A stretch of 64,000 nt of DNA from an uncultured Pseudomonadales bacterium (GTDB lineage Bacteria; Patescibacteriota; Microgenomatia; UBA1400; Chazhemtobacteraceae): the NCBI GenBank assembly GCA_964618725.1, contig CAZUBK010000001.1, forward strand, positions 68,878 through 132,877, written 5' to 3'. Position 1 is the first letter of the stretch, and each line of letters opens with the position of its first letter. Positions 9,141 through 17,911 of this stretch are shown here, piece by piece. Under the pieces are notes generated by a model that was not told the origin of the DNA, did not search any database, and saw only the letters and a list, made by a program, of their open reading frames with translations. The translations under genes were made by a program, and so were the position numbers.

Positions 9141-9749
9141 ATGTGGAAAAAGATTGCCTTACTAATTTTGTGGATGATGACTTCGGTGACGACGCTGCTG
9201 TTTAGTGTTCGTTTGTTTCAAAGTCAGAATCTGTTGGCAGAAAGTCAAATGAAGCCGTCAGTGCTTGGGGATATGAATAGCCTAATGGAAAGGGAGACTC
9301 CAGAGCTACTTTATGCTGCGATTCCACTGCCGAGTAATAAGATAAAGACGGCGATAAAGTCGGCCGACGCCAGACCGGAAATCTTGCGACAGTACTTGGC
9401 AAAATACGAATCTCCACTTGAGCCATTGGCGGATCTTATCGTCCAGATGGCCGACGAAAATGGGTTTGATTTCCGGTGGATGGTGGCAATTGCTCAACAG
9501 GAGTCAAACTTGTGCGAAAAAATCCCTGAAGGATCCTACAATTGTTGGGGGTGGGGAATCTATGGAGACAAGGTGACTAGATTTGCGTCGTTTGACGATG
9601 CCGTGAGGCGAATTGCCCCTCAATTCAAAAAGACTTTTCTACATACCGGTCCGAATACAGATCCGGAACAAGTGATGAAAACGTATACGCCGCCGTCTGA
9701 CGGATCGTGGGCCTTTGGCGTGAATCAGTTTATGGATGAGATGGAATAA
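9141..9749 (+). CDS. Secreted/membrane-anchored hypothetical protein (weak lytic-transglycosylase-like E-S motif)
   Basis: 202 aa with an N-terminal TM. The AIAQQESNL segment weakly resembles the SLT-domain catalytic Glu-Ser region; otherwise unassigned. Confidence 0.3.
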   Translation: MWKKIALLILWMMTSVTTLLFSVRLFQSQNLLAESQMKPSVLGDMNSLMERETPELLYAAIPLPSNKIKTAIKSADARPEILRQYLAKYESPLEPLADLIVQMADENGFDFRWMVAIAQQESNLCEKIPEGSYNCWGWGIYGDKVTRFASFDDAVRRIAPQFKKTFLHTGPNTDPEQVMKTYTPPSDGSWAFGVNQFMDEME

Positions 9750-9799
9750 AGAAAAAGGGTATATAATGAGCTGATCTTTTCGCACATTGGGAGGTCAAG

Positions 9800-10120
9800 G
9801 TGAATGCTGATTACATCCTTGTAATTTTAGTGTCAGTTATGGTAACCACGTTGTTTCTTGCCATTGCCCCGGGGTTTTTGCAGACATTGAAGATTAAGTC
9901 ATATCAATTTTTGCTCGGCATCTTACATTTGGTAACAGCAGGTTTCATTGGACTCTTTGCTATCACCACGACAGAGATATATATGAGACCACTGATTGTA
10001 CTTAGTTTTGTGAGCTGGCTGGGAATGGCTTTGTTTTACTTTGGTTCGGCTGCTTTCGGCAAGTGGGAGACTCAATCAGCTCAAGCACCTGAGACTCCAG
10101 AGCCGGGTAACGATAGTTAG
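9800..10120 (+). CDS. Small integral membrane protein (3 TM)
   Basis: GTG start at 9800 after RBS gggagg; three hydrophobic helices. Confidence 0.45.
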   Translation: MNADYILVILVSVMVTTLFLAIAPGFLQTLKIKSYQFLLGILHLVTAGFIGLFAITTTEIYMRPLIVLSFVSWLGMALFYFGSAAFGKWETQSAQAPETPEPGNDS

Positions 10121-10127
10121 TTTTTTT

Positions 10128-10165
10128 GCCCTCCTTATATCGACTTAAGGAGGGCTTTTTGGGAT
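10128..10165. terminator. Bidirectional Rho-independent terminator between convergent genes
   Basis: gccctccttatatcgacttaaggagggcttttt; a second hairpin ctcccggggtgagccgggag follows. Confidence 0.65.
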
Positions 10166-10203
10166 GAAAAAACTCCCGGGGTGAGCCGGGAGTGCGATGA
10201 AAA

Positions 10204-10992
10204 TCAATAGTTTTCTCTGATTTCAGAAACGAGAAGCTTGTCTTTATTGTGCAAAGTTTCCTCAATACCAGCAATTTCTTCTTTGATGATACTGAGGAGT
10301 GCTTTCTGGTAAAGTACTGCGTTGAGATTAACAATTTGACTGTTTGGATCAGAATTGCTGCTTAGAGTCAAAAGTCTAAGGGGTTTGTTGATGCCATTTG
10401 TCCAGAGTTCGAGAGAGCGGTCGGGGTTGGTTTGAATCTGAGTACCGAGAGAGACACGCTTAGCAACCAGTTTAATCAAGGTAGAAGCAGTATCGTCCTG
10501 GACATCAGCTAAAAGGGGAAGTATTTGACCTTCAGATTGGAGCGGAACGTCACCCATTCTTGTCAGACGAATCTTGACCGATTGACCGAGCTGTTTTTGC
10601 AATCTGTCGGCAATCTCGGCGAGATAGGGGAGGTACTTGATGCCATAGCAATCGATAACCATGTCTTCGAGAGGGAGGTTAATTTCACCCACAGGAATAG
10701 CCTCAATTACTTTCTCTTCGGAGATTTCAATCTCCCATTTCAGCCAACCACGCCAAACTCGCTTTTCCTGGCAAGTAATGGTTGTGACAGTCATTCCAAG
10801 AGTGAGCTTATCAGCGTCCGCGTACAGATCTCTGGTGAAATTTTCCCTACGCCAGGGATAATTGTGGTAATAGACGCCGGGGCAAACGGGATAGCCCCAG
10901 TGCCTCAGGAAGGCGCCTATCTTAATGATCTGAGGAATCTCGAGAACTACTTCTGGATTACCGGTAGAGATGGGAATAATATCTATTGACAT
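10204..10992 (-). CDS. Hypothetical protein (262 aa)
   Basis: Long ORF with reasonable codon usage; no motif recognised. Confidence 0.4.
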   Translation of the reverse strand: MSIDIIPISTGNPEVVLEIPQIIKIGAFLRHWGYPVCPGVYYHNYPWRRENFTRDLYADADKLTLGMTVTTITCQEKRVWRGWLKWEIEISEEKVIEAIPVGEINLPLEDMVIDCYGIKYLPYLAEIADRLQKQLGQSVKIRLTRMGDVPLQSEGQILPLLADVQDDTASTLIKLVAKRVSLGTQIQTNPDRSLELWTNGINKPLRLLTLSSNSDPNSQIVNLNAVLYQKALLSIIKEEIAGIEETLHNKDKLLVSEIRENY

Positions 10993-11094
10993 CTTGTCTC
11001 CTTACTTAAGTTTGAAATGTTCACAATCATTTTACCATTATCTATGGGATTAGTACATTCTTTTTTCGAACCTAAAATGGTAAAATATGTTTAT

Positions 11095-11178
11095 GCCGAG
11101 GTGGCGAAATGGTATACGCACTGGATTTAGGATCCAGCGGGGAAACCCATGGAGGTTCAAGTCCTCTCCTCGGCACCC
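11095..11178 (+). tRNA. tRNA-Leu (anticodon TAG), type II with long variable arm
   Basis: Acceptor gccgagg/cctcggc, anticodon stem ctgga/tccag with loop tttagga, variable arm cggggaaacccatg, T-arm ggagg ttcaagt cctct. Confidence 0.8.
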
Positions 11179-11191
11179 AGTATTTTTTAGT

Positions 11192-11395
11192 ATGAAAAGT
11201 AAAACGATTCTATTTTTAATCATCATTTTATCTGTAATTGTTTTTTTTGGTTTCTATTTCGCAAAGAGAAATTTTGTAGTTTGCCGCTTTATAGGTGGCA
11301 GACTGGAAGAAATAAATGCCGGGTGTCAATGTGCTTCGCAACCTTGTACTGTAACAATGTGTAGTCATGAGAATAAATGTGTTTTAGGCAAGTAA
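11192..11395 (+). CDS. Small secreted Cys-rich peptide (67 aa) with internal Gly-Gly
   Basis: Track ORF 11087 trimmed to Met 11192 because the upstream part overlaps tRNA-Leu. MKSKTILFLIIILSVIVFFGFYF is a hydrophobic leader; FIGG is followed by a 31-aa tail with six Cys (CQCASQPCTVTMCSHENKC). Confidence 0.35.
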   Translation: MKSKTILFLIIILSVIVFFGFYFAKRNFVVCRFIGGRLEEINAGCQCASQPCTVTMCSHENKCVLGK

Positions 11396-11457
11396 ACATT
11401 CTTTTTGAAATGAGCTAAGTCGGCTATGAGGCTACACTGAGCCAGCGACAAAGGAAT

Positions 11458-11973
11458 TTATCTGTATATCGCAATTAGTTGTCTGACTATCATCTCACTC
11501 CACTTCTCGATATGGTCTGACGAGAAGTCAAACCAAACACGATAGAAATTGTCGCGAGCAATTTTTCTTGTTCTTCCTACTTCTGGATCTTGGAGATAGA
11601 TGAAGTTGTCATCTAATCCTGCAACAACGGAATAATGTCCGTCCGCAACTTCATCTTCAGGATAGTCATAACGCCCGCGGGTAAACCAATTGATGATTAC
11701 GGGAACGCCTTTCTCTAGCCACTTTTGAAGATCGTTGAACTTTGAGTTGTTTTTGACTTCCACTTTGAAGCCTAATTTTTCTGCAGCTTGTTTAATTGAT
11801 TTTGCATCTACGCCAAGACCAACCTGGCGATTACACATTTGGGATAGCTCTGCCTCACTTATGTCTAAATTGTAGTAATCGGTGACAATCTTTAGTGATG
11901 CAGGACCACAATACCCACCGTGAAGGGTTTCTTGAAAAGGCTTAACAGATAAGAGGATGGACCTATTAAACAT
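11458..11973 (-). CDS. Stand-alone papain-like C39-family peptidase domain protein
   Basis: 171 aa. GGYCGPASLKIV (nucleophile Cys) and DGHYSVVAGLD (His) resemble bacteriocin-processing C39 / C39-like peptidases. Confidence 0.55.
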   Translation of the reverse strand: MFNRSILLSVKPFQETLHGGYCGPASLKIVTDYYNLDISEAELSQMCNRQVGLGVDAKSIKQAAEKLGFKVEVKNNSKFNDLQKWLEKGVPVIINWFTRGRYDYPEDEVADGHYSVVAGLDDNFIYLQDPEVGRTRKIARDNFYRVWFDFSSDHIEKWSEMIVRQLIAIYR

Positions 11974-11976
11974 AAA

Positions 11977-12945
11977 CTATCTTGTTTGGGTAAATAGATC
12001 TTCGATGATTTCGTCGAGGGGCACGCCTTGAATATCAATATCGTCGATGGGAAATTTATCGGCTAACTTGGCAATAATTTTACTTTGAGAAGCTTTGGGA
12101 ACTTCAAGGGTATATGAGAGTTCTTTGCTATTTATGACTTGGCCAAGTTTGCTTAATTTCTCTTCTTTGATGGGTTTCGTAAAGGTGACGGTTAGATATT
12201 TTTTGTCTTGGTAATGGTGAGATAGTTTTTCTAGGGTATCATCAAAGACTATTTGACCATGGTTAATGATAATGGCACGATCAGAAACACTTTCTATGTC
12301 GGCCATTTCATGACTAGTGAGAATGATCGTTGTTTGCTCTTCTTTGTGGAGGTGGCGGAGAAAGTTTCTAATTCTCCTCTTGGAAACGACGTCTAAGCCA
12401 ATGGTTGGCTCGTCGAGGAATAAAAGCCTGGGTCGGTGGAGAATGGCGCCAATTAGTTCCATCTTTAAGCGTTGTCCGAGTGAGAGTTTTCTAACGGGGA
12501 TATCGAGCTGCTCCTTAACGTCGAGCAACTCCGTCATTTCATCAAGGCGGGTTTGGAAAGTCTGGTCTGGAATTTGATAGATAGTTTTGAACAGCTTGAA
12601 GCTCTGCATTGCCGAAAGATCCCAGGACAAGCCACTTTTATTTCCCATTACTAAGGCAATTTGACGCAGATATTCTCTTTTCCTTTGGTTTGGAGTAAAT
12701 TCAAGTACTTTTATTTCCCCGGAGGTTGGATACAAAAGACCAGTGAGCATTTTAAGAGTCGTTGTTTTGCCGGCTCCATTAGGACCAAGGAGCGCTACTG
12801 ATTCCCCTTGATTGATCTGGAAATTTATATGATCAACGGCAGTAAGTGGTTTACTTTTTGGAATGAAGATACTTTTGAGTACTCCTTGCTTGACTGGGAT
12901 TTTATAGGTTTTAGTTAGATTTTTTATACTGATAATTGGTGTCAT
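11977..12945 (-). CDS. ABC transporter ATP-binding protein (ABC-2/DrrA-like)
   Basis: Walker A GPNGAGKTT, signature LSLGQRLKMEL, Walker B LLFLDEPTIGLD, H-loop SHEM. Confidence 0.85.
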   Translation of the reverse strand: MTPIISIKNLTKTYKIPVKQGVLKSIFIPKSKPLTAVDHINFQINQGESVALLGPNGAGKTTTLKMLTGLLYPTSGEIKVLEFTPNQRKREYLRQIALVMGNKSGLSWDLSAMQSFKLFKTIYQIPDQTFQTRLDEMTELLDVKEQLDIPVRKLSLGQRLKMELIGAILHRPRLLFLDEPTIGLDVVSKRRIRNFLRHLHKEEQTTIILTSHEMADIESVSDRAIIINHGQIVFDDTLEKLSHHYQDKKYLTVTFTKPIKEEKLSKLGQVINSKELSYTLEVPKASQSKIIAKLADKFPIDDIDIQGVPLDEIIEDLFTQTR

Positions 12946-12947
12946 TT

Positions 12948-13775
12948 TTAGGATGAAGCTGATGTGTAATGTTTAAGCGCGAAGTTCCAGGCTTTGATTT
13001 TAATGAAAAGAAAGATAATTGTGGCAAACAAAACAAGCAGAAGCCAGATAGGGCTGGTGGTACGACCTAATACATACGATGTTGTGAGCGCGGTATGGGC
13101 CAAGAATGGAACAGCTGTTAAGCCTAGGAGGATTATAGAATTAGGGAATGCTTCGAGAGGGATGGCGTCGCTGCCAAAAAAAGCGACTTGATAAGAAATA
13201 CCCACTAAGCCTTTTGATTCACCTGTCCAAAAAGTTAGGAGTGTAACAAGAAACTGAAAACAATGAATGGCAATTTGACCTAATATTAGGGTCAAAACTC
13301 CATAGAATACTCCAAGTGGGGTGATACTAAAATCAAGATGTTTAATAACAAGGTATAGGAGTGGAAGGGTGGCGGGCCACATTTCAAAGACTAGAGTAAA
13401 AAGATTGATTTTTTGGAAAGTGACATACCAAAGCGATGGTAAGGGCTTGCTCAATATCAGGTCAAGCTTGCCGCTTTTAATGTCTTCGCCTAATCGTTCT
13501 AGATTGGTCATGCTCCAAACCCAGATAAGGTAGAAGTTAAACTGAACTATTAAAGTGAAAAGAAGAGCTTCGGAATAGCGGTATCCGGCGATGTTTTGAA
13601 TCCGGCCAAAAAGTGCAGAAAGAAAAATCAGATACGTAATCATGTAGGTGATCGTAGAGGCCAGTCCTCCCCAGTTATTTAAACTGTAAGCTAGTGACTC
13701 TTTTAAAGAGAAAAGAGTGTTTGCTTTAAGAATCGCTAGGCGAATACTAATTGGTTCAAATACCGATTGCTTCAT
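12948..13775 (-). CDS. ABC-2 family permease
   Basis: 275 aa, about six TM helices, immediately upstream of the ATPase. Confidence 0.6.
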   Translation of the reverse strand: MKQSVFEPISIRLAILKANTLFSLKESLAYSLNNWGGLASTITYMITYLIFLSALFGRIQNIAGYRYSEALLFTLIVQFNFYLIWVWSMTNLERLGEDIKSGKLDLILSKPLPSLWYVTFQKINLFTLVFEMWPATLPLLYLVIKHLDFSITPLGVFYGVLTLILGQIAIHCFQFLVTLLTFWTGESKGLVGISYQVAFFGSDAIPLEAFPNSIILLGLTAVPFLAHTALTTSYVLGRTTSPIWLLLVLFATIIFLFIKIKAWNFALKHYTSASS

Positions 13776-14538
13776 AGCGTTTTAATCCAAGTCGCCAGAT
13801 AAAAAAGCTAAATGGTAATAGAACGAGGATCCAAACAGCGGCGGAAATGAAGGCAGTCAGAATATCGTAATTAAAACTTCTGGTCTGCATGATGATTGAA
13901 GGAAGGTACGCCACCGCGGGCAGAGGAGAAAGTAGCAAAAGATGTTTGATCTTGTCGGAAAAGAAAGTGATGGGAATGAGAACACCACTAAAAACGCGTA
14001 TGAAGTGGGAGGCAACGTTTTGAAGATGCTTTGCTTCAGGACTCCAGAATGTAAGACTGCCAACAAGTAAGTTGAAAATGAAACCAATGATGAAGGCCAA
14101 GGAAATACTCAAGAGAAATAATATAAACTGAATTAGAGAGAAGCTGGGCAGGAAAATAAAACCAACAGACATAAGTAGGATAGACATAAACATGACTATC
14201 CCCCTGGTGCCCAAGAAAGAAGTGTATAGGAAAATAACTGGATGAATGGGACGAAGTAGGTGGGAGCTTAGAGTTCCTTCTTTTATCTCACTATTAAGGG
14301 CTCTAGTGAAACGAAGCGATTCAGCATCGACTAATCCTTGGACGCCATTAGCGATGAGGAAATAGGAAATGAGAGACCCTACGCCCGTAGACGCTTGCTT
14401 GCCGATTAGACTCCAGAGAAAAATAACTCCCCCTAAATAAATGGCTTTGTTTAAAATCATCAGCCAAACTTCACTCCGGTAATTGGTGACCTGAGAAAGA
14501 CCAAAAATAAGACTGTCTTTGTATGTGGAAAGTTTCAT
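13756..14538 (-). CDS. ABC-2 family permease
   Basis: 260 aa multi-TM protein that overlaps the start of the next permease. Confidence 0.6.
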   Translation of the reverse strand: MKLSTYKDSLIFGLSQVTNYRSEVWLMILNKAIYLGGVIFLWSLIGKQASTGVGSLISYFLIANGVQGLVDAESLRFTRALNSEIKEGTLSSHLLRPIHPVIFLYTSFLGTRGIVMFMSILLMSVGFIFLPSFSLIQFILFLLSISLAFIIGFIFNLLVGSLTFWSPEAKHLQNVASHFIRVFSGVLIPITFFSDKIKHLLLLSPLPAVAYLPSIIMQTRSFNYDILTAFISAAVWILVLLPFSFFIWRLGLKRYEAIGI

Positions 14539-14585
14539 CTCACCTATTATAGCTTTTCACCCTTAAAGGATGATGTCGTTTTGGC

Positions 14586-14699
14586 TTGGCCCGACGCAGT
14601 CGGTCCAGCCTGAAGCTGGACAAAAAAATCGCGCGCAAAGCCGAGCGTAGCTCGGAGTGAGCCCCGCTAAGCGGGACGAACGGAAAATACAAAAGTGGC
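14586..14699 (+). repeat. Copy 1 of a ~114-nt multi-hairpin GC-rich repeat
   Basis: Near-identical to 16554..16667. Hairpins ccgac-gca-gtcgg, gtccagc-ctgaa-gctggac, ccgagc-gta-gctcgg, cccgc-taa-gcggg. Sits in an AT-rich background. Confidence 0.7.
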
Positions 14700-14947
14700 T
14701 GCCGCGTGGCATCAGCGGAGGGGGGCGCTGAGCCAGCGGCGAGCTCAATTTCCTTGGAAAAATGTAATAACATCTCTAAAATAGAGCACCCATCCGGACT
14801 TCAGGCTTTTGGCCGGACCGCTCGCCCAGGCGGTGTGGGTGGAGATTTTGAATCCAGAGTCTAATGGGCTCTTGAAGTTAAAAATATTAACCAATGTTAC
14901 CCTAAGTTATCGACTTTTATAATTAGTAGTATACTGACTCTCAGATT

Positions 14948-16150
14948 ATGAAAGAGATAGATAACCCGTTTGCTCCAGGTGCCGGCAAACTTCCTCCTGA
15001 ACTTGCAGGTCGTGATGAGAACTTGGAAAAAGTGGATGTGATTCTGCATAGATTCAAGAATGGAAGGGGCGATAGAAGTTCATTATTTCTAGGACTTCGG
15101 GGTGTGGGCAAAACAGTTTTGCTTAATACTGTAAACAAGAAGGCATTAGAATTGGGATATCACACTGTTTACGTAGAGTCTCCTGAAGAAGAATCACTAG
15201 GCAGCTTGCTTATTCCTGGCCTTAGAAAAGTATTATTACAACTAAGTGTCCTAGAAGGAGCAAAACAAAAGCTAAATATTGCTTTTAGTGCCTTGAGATC
15301 TTTTGCGTCTATTTTTGATATAAAAATAGGTGATGTTGGAATAAAAGTTACCAAATCTATGGGAGTAGCTGATAGTGGAATCCTAGATCAAGATTTGATT
15401 GATCTATTAGTTTCCGTAGGAGAAGCAGCACAAGAAGCCAATTCGGCAGTTGGGATACTGATAGATGAGCTTCAATACGTTAAAATAGAAGAACTTGCAG
15501 CGCTCTTCGCAGGCATTCATCGCGTGGGCCAGCTTCAATTACCCTTAGTTTTATTCGGTGCAGGTTTGCCCCAGTTGGCAGGCATGTCAGGAAACGCAAA
15601 ATCATATGCGGAGCGCTTATTTGACTTCCAAGAAATTGGCCCACTTGAGGAAGCAGACGCAGTCATTGCAATTAAAGAACCTTTAGAAAAAGAGGGAGTA
15701 AGCATTGAATCGGAAGCTTTAAAAGAAATAGTTAGAGAGACTGAAGGTTATCCATATTTCCTTCAGGAATGGGGTGCTCATACCTGGAGATCTGCAGAAA
15801 GTTCACCAATAACACTTGGGGATGTAATGGGGGCAACTAAAGACACCATCTTTACACTCGATAAAGGTTTTTTTCGTGTCAGATTTGATCGGTTAACCCC
15901 AATTGAAAAGGACTATTTACGAGCCATGGCTGAGTTGGGAAGGGGCCCTCACCGCTCTGGTGATATCGCCACTAAACTTGGTAGAACTGTAAATGAAGTA
16001 GCACCATTCCGGTCAAAACTTATTGTGAAAGGTATGATTTTCTCGCAACAACACGGAGATACTGCTTTTACTGTTCCTAAATTCGATGAGTACATGAAGC
16101 GAGCAATGCCTACTTTTACTCCTCATCCGATAAAGAAAAGAGTTACGTAA
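14948..16150 (+). CDS. AAA+ ATPase (archaeal-type/Orc1-like P-loop NTPase with probable C-terminal winged helix)
   Basis: 400 aa. Walker A LRGVGKTVLL and Walker B ILIDELQYV. Confidence 0.55.
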   Translation: MKEIDNPFAPGAGKLPPELAGRDENLEKVDVILHRFKNGRGDRSSLFLGLRGVGKTVLLNTVNKKALELGYHTVYVESPEEESLGSLLIPGLRKVLLQLSVLEGAKQKLNIAFSALRSFASIFDIKIGDVGIKVTKSMGVADSGILDQDLIDLLVSVGEAAQEANSAVGILIDELQYVKIEELAALFAGIHRVGQLQLPLVLFGAGLPQLAGMSGNAKSYAERLFDFQEIGPLEEADAVIAIKEPLEKEGVSIESEALKEIVRETEGYPYFLQEWGAHTWRSAESSPITLGDVMGATKDTIFTLDKGFFRVRFDRLTPIEKDYLRAMAELGRGPHRSGDIATKLGRTVNEVAPFRSKLIVKGMIFSQQHGDTAFTVPKFDEYMKRAMPTFTPHPIKKRVT

Positions 16151-16395
16151 GAACGACTCTACTTTTTCAAAGATATTCTTGTGTGACCTACATTTGTGTT
16201 CTATTCCAAGTTTAGTTGCTTTTTTTCGGCCCGGTAGTTTTGATTAGAGTGATATAATAGGATCACAATTTGGGGAGGTAGGTCCCAACTTCATACCTGT
16301 GAAGCTACTAAGTGAGACGCTTGCTTTCTTGAAGAGGAACTGGCGTCTTTTGTCGTTTTATTAATTAACACAGAACAGAAAGGAGGTGGAAGCAG

Positions 16396-16545
16396 ATGAC
16401 GACACAGGAAATGGCAGTAGAGCTTACTAAAGCTTGGATTGCGCAAAGAGGTTCTTTGTCAATAGCATCACAAGCGGCTACTGACATATCTTTAGTTTAC
16501 AAAGCAATGGTGAAAGCAATAAATGAGAGCTATAAAGAAGAATAG
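16396..16545 (+). CDS. Small hypothetical protein (49 aa)
   Basis: Strong RBS aaaggaggtgg 6 nt upstream of the ATG. An extended -10 (tgatataat) lies ~140 nt upstream. Absent from the ORF track (under 60 aa). Confidence 0.35.
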   Translation: MTTQEMAVELTKAWIAQRGSLSIASQAATDISLVYKAMVKAINESYKEE

Positions 16546-16553
16546 AATCAGGT

Positions 16554-16667
16554 TTGGCCCGATGCTGTCGGTCCAGCCTGAAGCTGGACAAAAAAATCGC
16601 GCGCAAAGCCGAGCACGGCTCGGAGTGAGCCCCGCTAAGCGGGACGAACGGAAAATACAAAAGTGGC
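16554..16667 (+). repeat. Copy 2 of the ~114-nt multi-hairpin repeat
   Basis: Same orientation as copy 1; differs only in hairpin loops (acg vs gta, gct vs gca) and one wobble. Confidence 0.7.
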
Positions 16668-16681
16668 CGCCCCATGTCTAT

Positions 16682-17788
16682 TTAGGCTAGTTGTTCCCAC
16701 GGTAGATGGGCAGGTCCGAAATGGCCATAACTTGCGGTTTGACGATAGATGGGTCGGCGAAGGTCAAACTTGGTGATGATACCTCCCACTGATAAGTCGA
16801 GTAAATTCCAAGCAAAATCGTTAATGACTTTGTCTGACTGGTTCGAGGTACCAAAAGTTTCAATTGCCTTACCTACTGGTTGACGATGGCCGATGGCATA
16901 GGCCAATTGAACTTCACAACGGTCGGCAAGTTTCTGGGCCACTATATTCTTGGCGATATAACGCGCGGCATAAGCAGCAGAGCGATCAACCTTAGTCGGA
17001 TCTTTACCGGAAAAGCAACCGCCGCCGATTCGACCCATTCCACCATAGGTATCGACAACAATTTTGCGGCCAGTAACCCCGGTGTCAGAATACGGGCCAC
17101 CGATTTCCCAGGCGCCTGTACCATTGAAAATGACTTGGGATGGCTTAATGGCAGGTAAATGATATTCCTCTAGTAAAGGGGAGACAATGAGTCTGAAAAG
17201 TTGGTCTTTAACTTCCTCTTTCTTAACTTTAGGATCATGAGGTTTGGCAAGGACGACGGTAACGACTTGCTCTGGCTCACCTTTTTGACTGTACGAGACG
17301 GTTACCTGAGACTTGCCGTCAGGACGAAGATAGGTTAGCTCATTTTGGGCTAGTTCATCGAGGCGGCGGACAAGCGCGTGCGAAAGAGAAATAGGGAGAG
17401 GCATGAGCGACTTTGTTTCATTGGTGGCATAACCAAACATCATTCCCTGATCTCCCGCCCCGCCATCATCTACACCAAGGGCGATATCAGGAGACTGTTG
17501 GTGGATATAGACGTTGAAATTTGTTTCAGGACCAAAATTAAAGATTTTCTGAGTATAGCCGAGGTCATTAATGACAGCCTTAGCGATATTGACATATTGG
17601 AGTGGCTTGGGGCAGGTGATCTCACCGGCTAGCACCAATTTATTTGTAGTAACCAGGGTCTCACAGGCGACACGTGATTGAGAATCAACGGTGAGAGCGG
17701 CATCAAGAATGGCGTCGCTTACTTGATCACAGATTTTGTCCGGGTGACCGGCACAGACTGACTCCGATGAAAAGAGGGAGTATTGCAT
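16682..17788 (-). CDS. metK: S-adenosylmethionine synthetase
   Basis: [40 protein letters not shown], and a 368-aa length typical of MetK. Confidence 0.9.
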   Translation of the reverse strand: [368 protein letters not shown]

Positions 17789-17911
17789 TTTAGTTTTCCT
17801 CTAATTAATAAGGCTTGTCATTTTGGCACCGCGTCCTGCATAAGGCTCGGTTGCCGGTCCCGTTGAGGGACTCTCTTGACAGTGAAACCATAGTAACATA
17901 ATGGGGAGTGA
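17789..17911 (-). promoter_or_regulatory. Structured metK leader (candidate SAM-responsive riboswitch-like element)
   Basis: Minus-strand leader CUGUCAAGAGAGUCCCUCAACGGGACCGGCAACCGAGCCUUAUGCAGGACGCGGUGCCAAAAUGACA. P1 is UGUCA/UGACA and encloses two hairpins. CAAGAGAG, GGCAACC and GGUGCCAA resemble S-box blocks. The RBS GAGGAAAA follows. Confidence 0.3.

Noticed and set aside
11087-11191. N-terminal extension of the ORF overlapping tRNA-Leu
   Set aside because: The first 35 codons are the tRNA-Leu gene itself. The CDS was trimmed to the internal Met at 11192.
14540-14773. 77-aa and 61-aa minus-strand ORFs (also 16478..16675)
   Set aside because: They are translations of the GC-rich multi-hairpin repeat copies. 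An identical 'protein' appears at both repeat copies, and their Arg/Pro/Ala-rich composition is typical of GC-rich non-coding sequence.
14700-14870. Possible RNase P RNA in the GC-rich stretch (minus strand has GAAGUCCGG and CGCCUGGG blocks)
   Set aside because: The conserved blocks occur in the wrong order relative to bacterial RNase P RNA, and the region is far too short (under 300 nt). Kept only as part of the structured-repeat finding.
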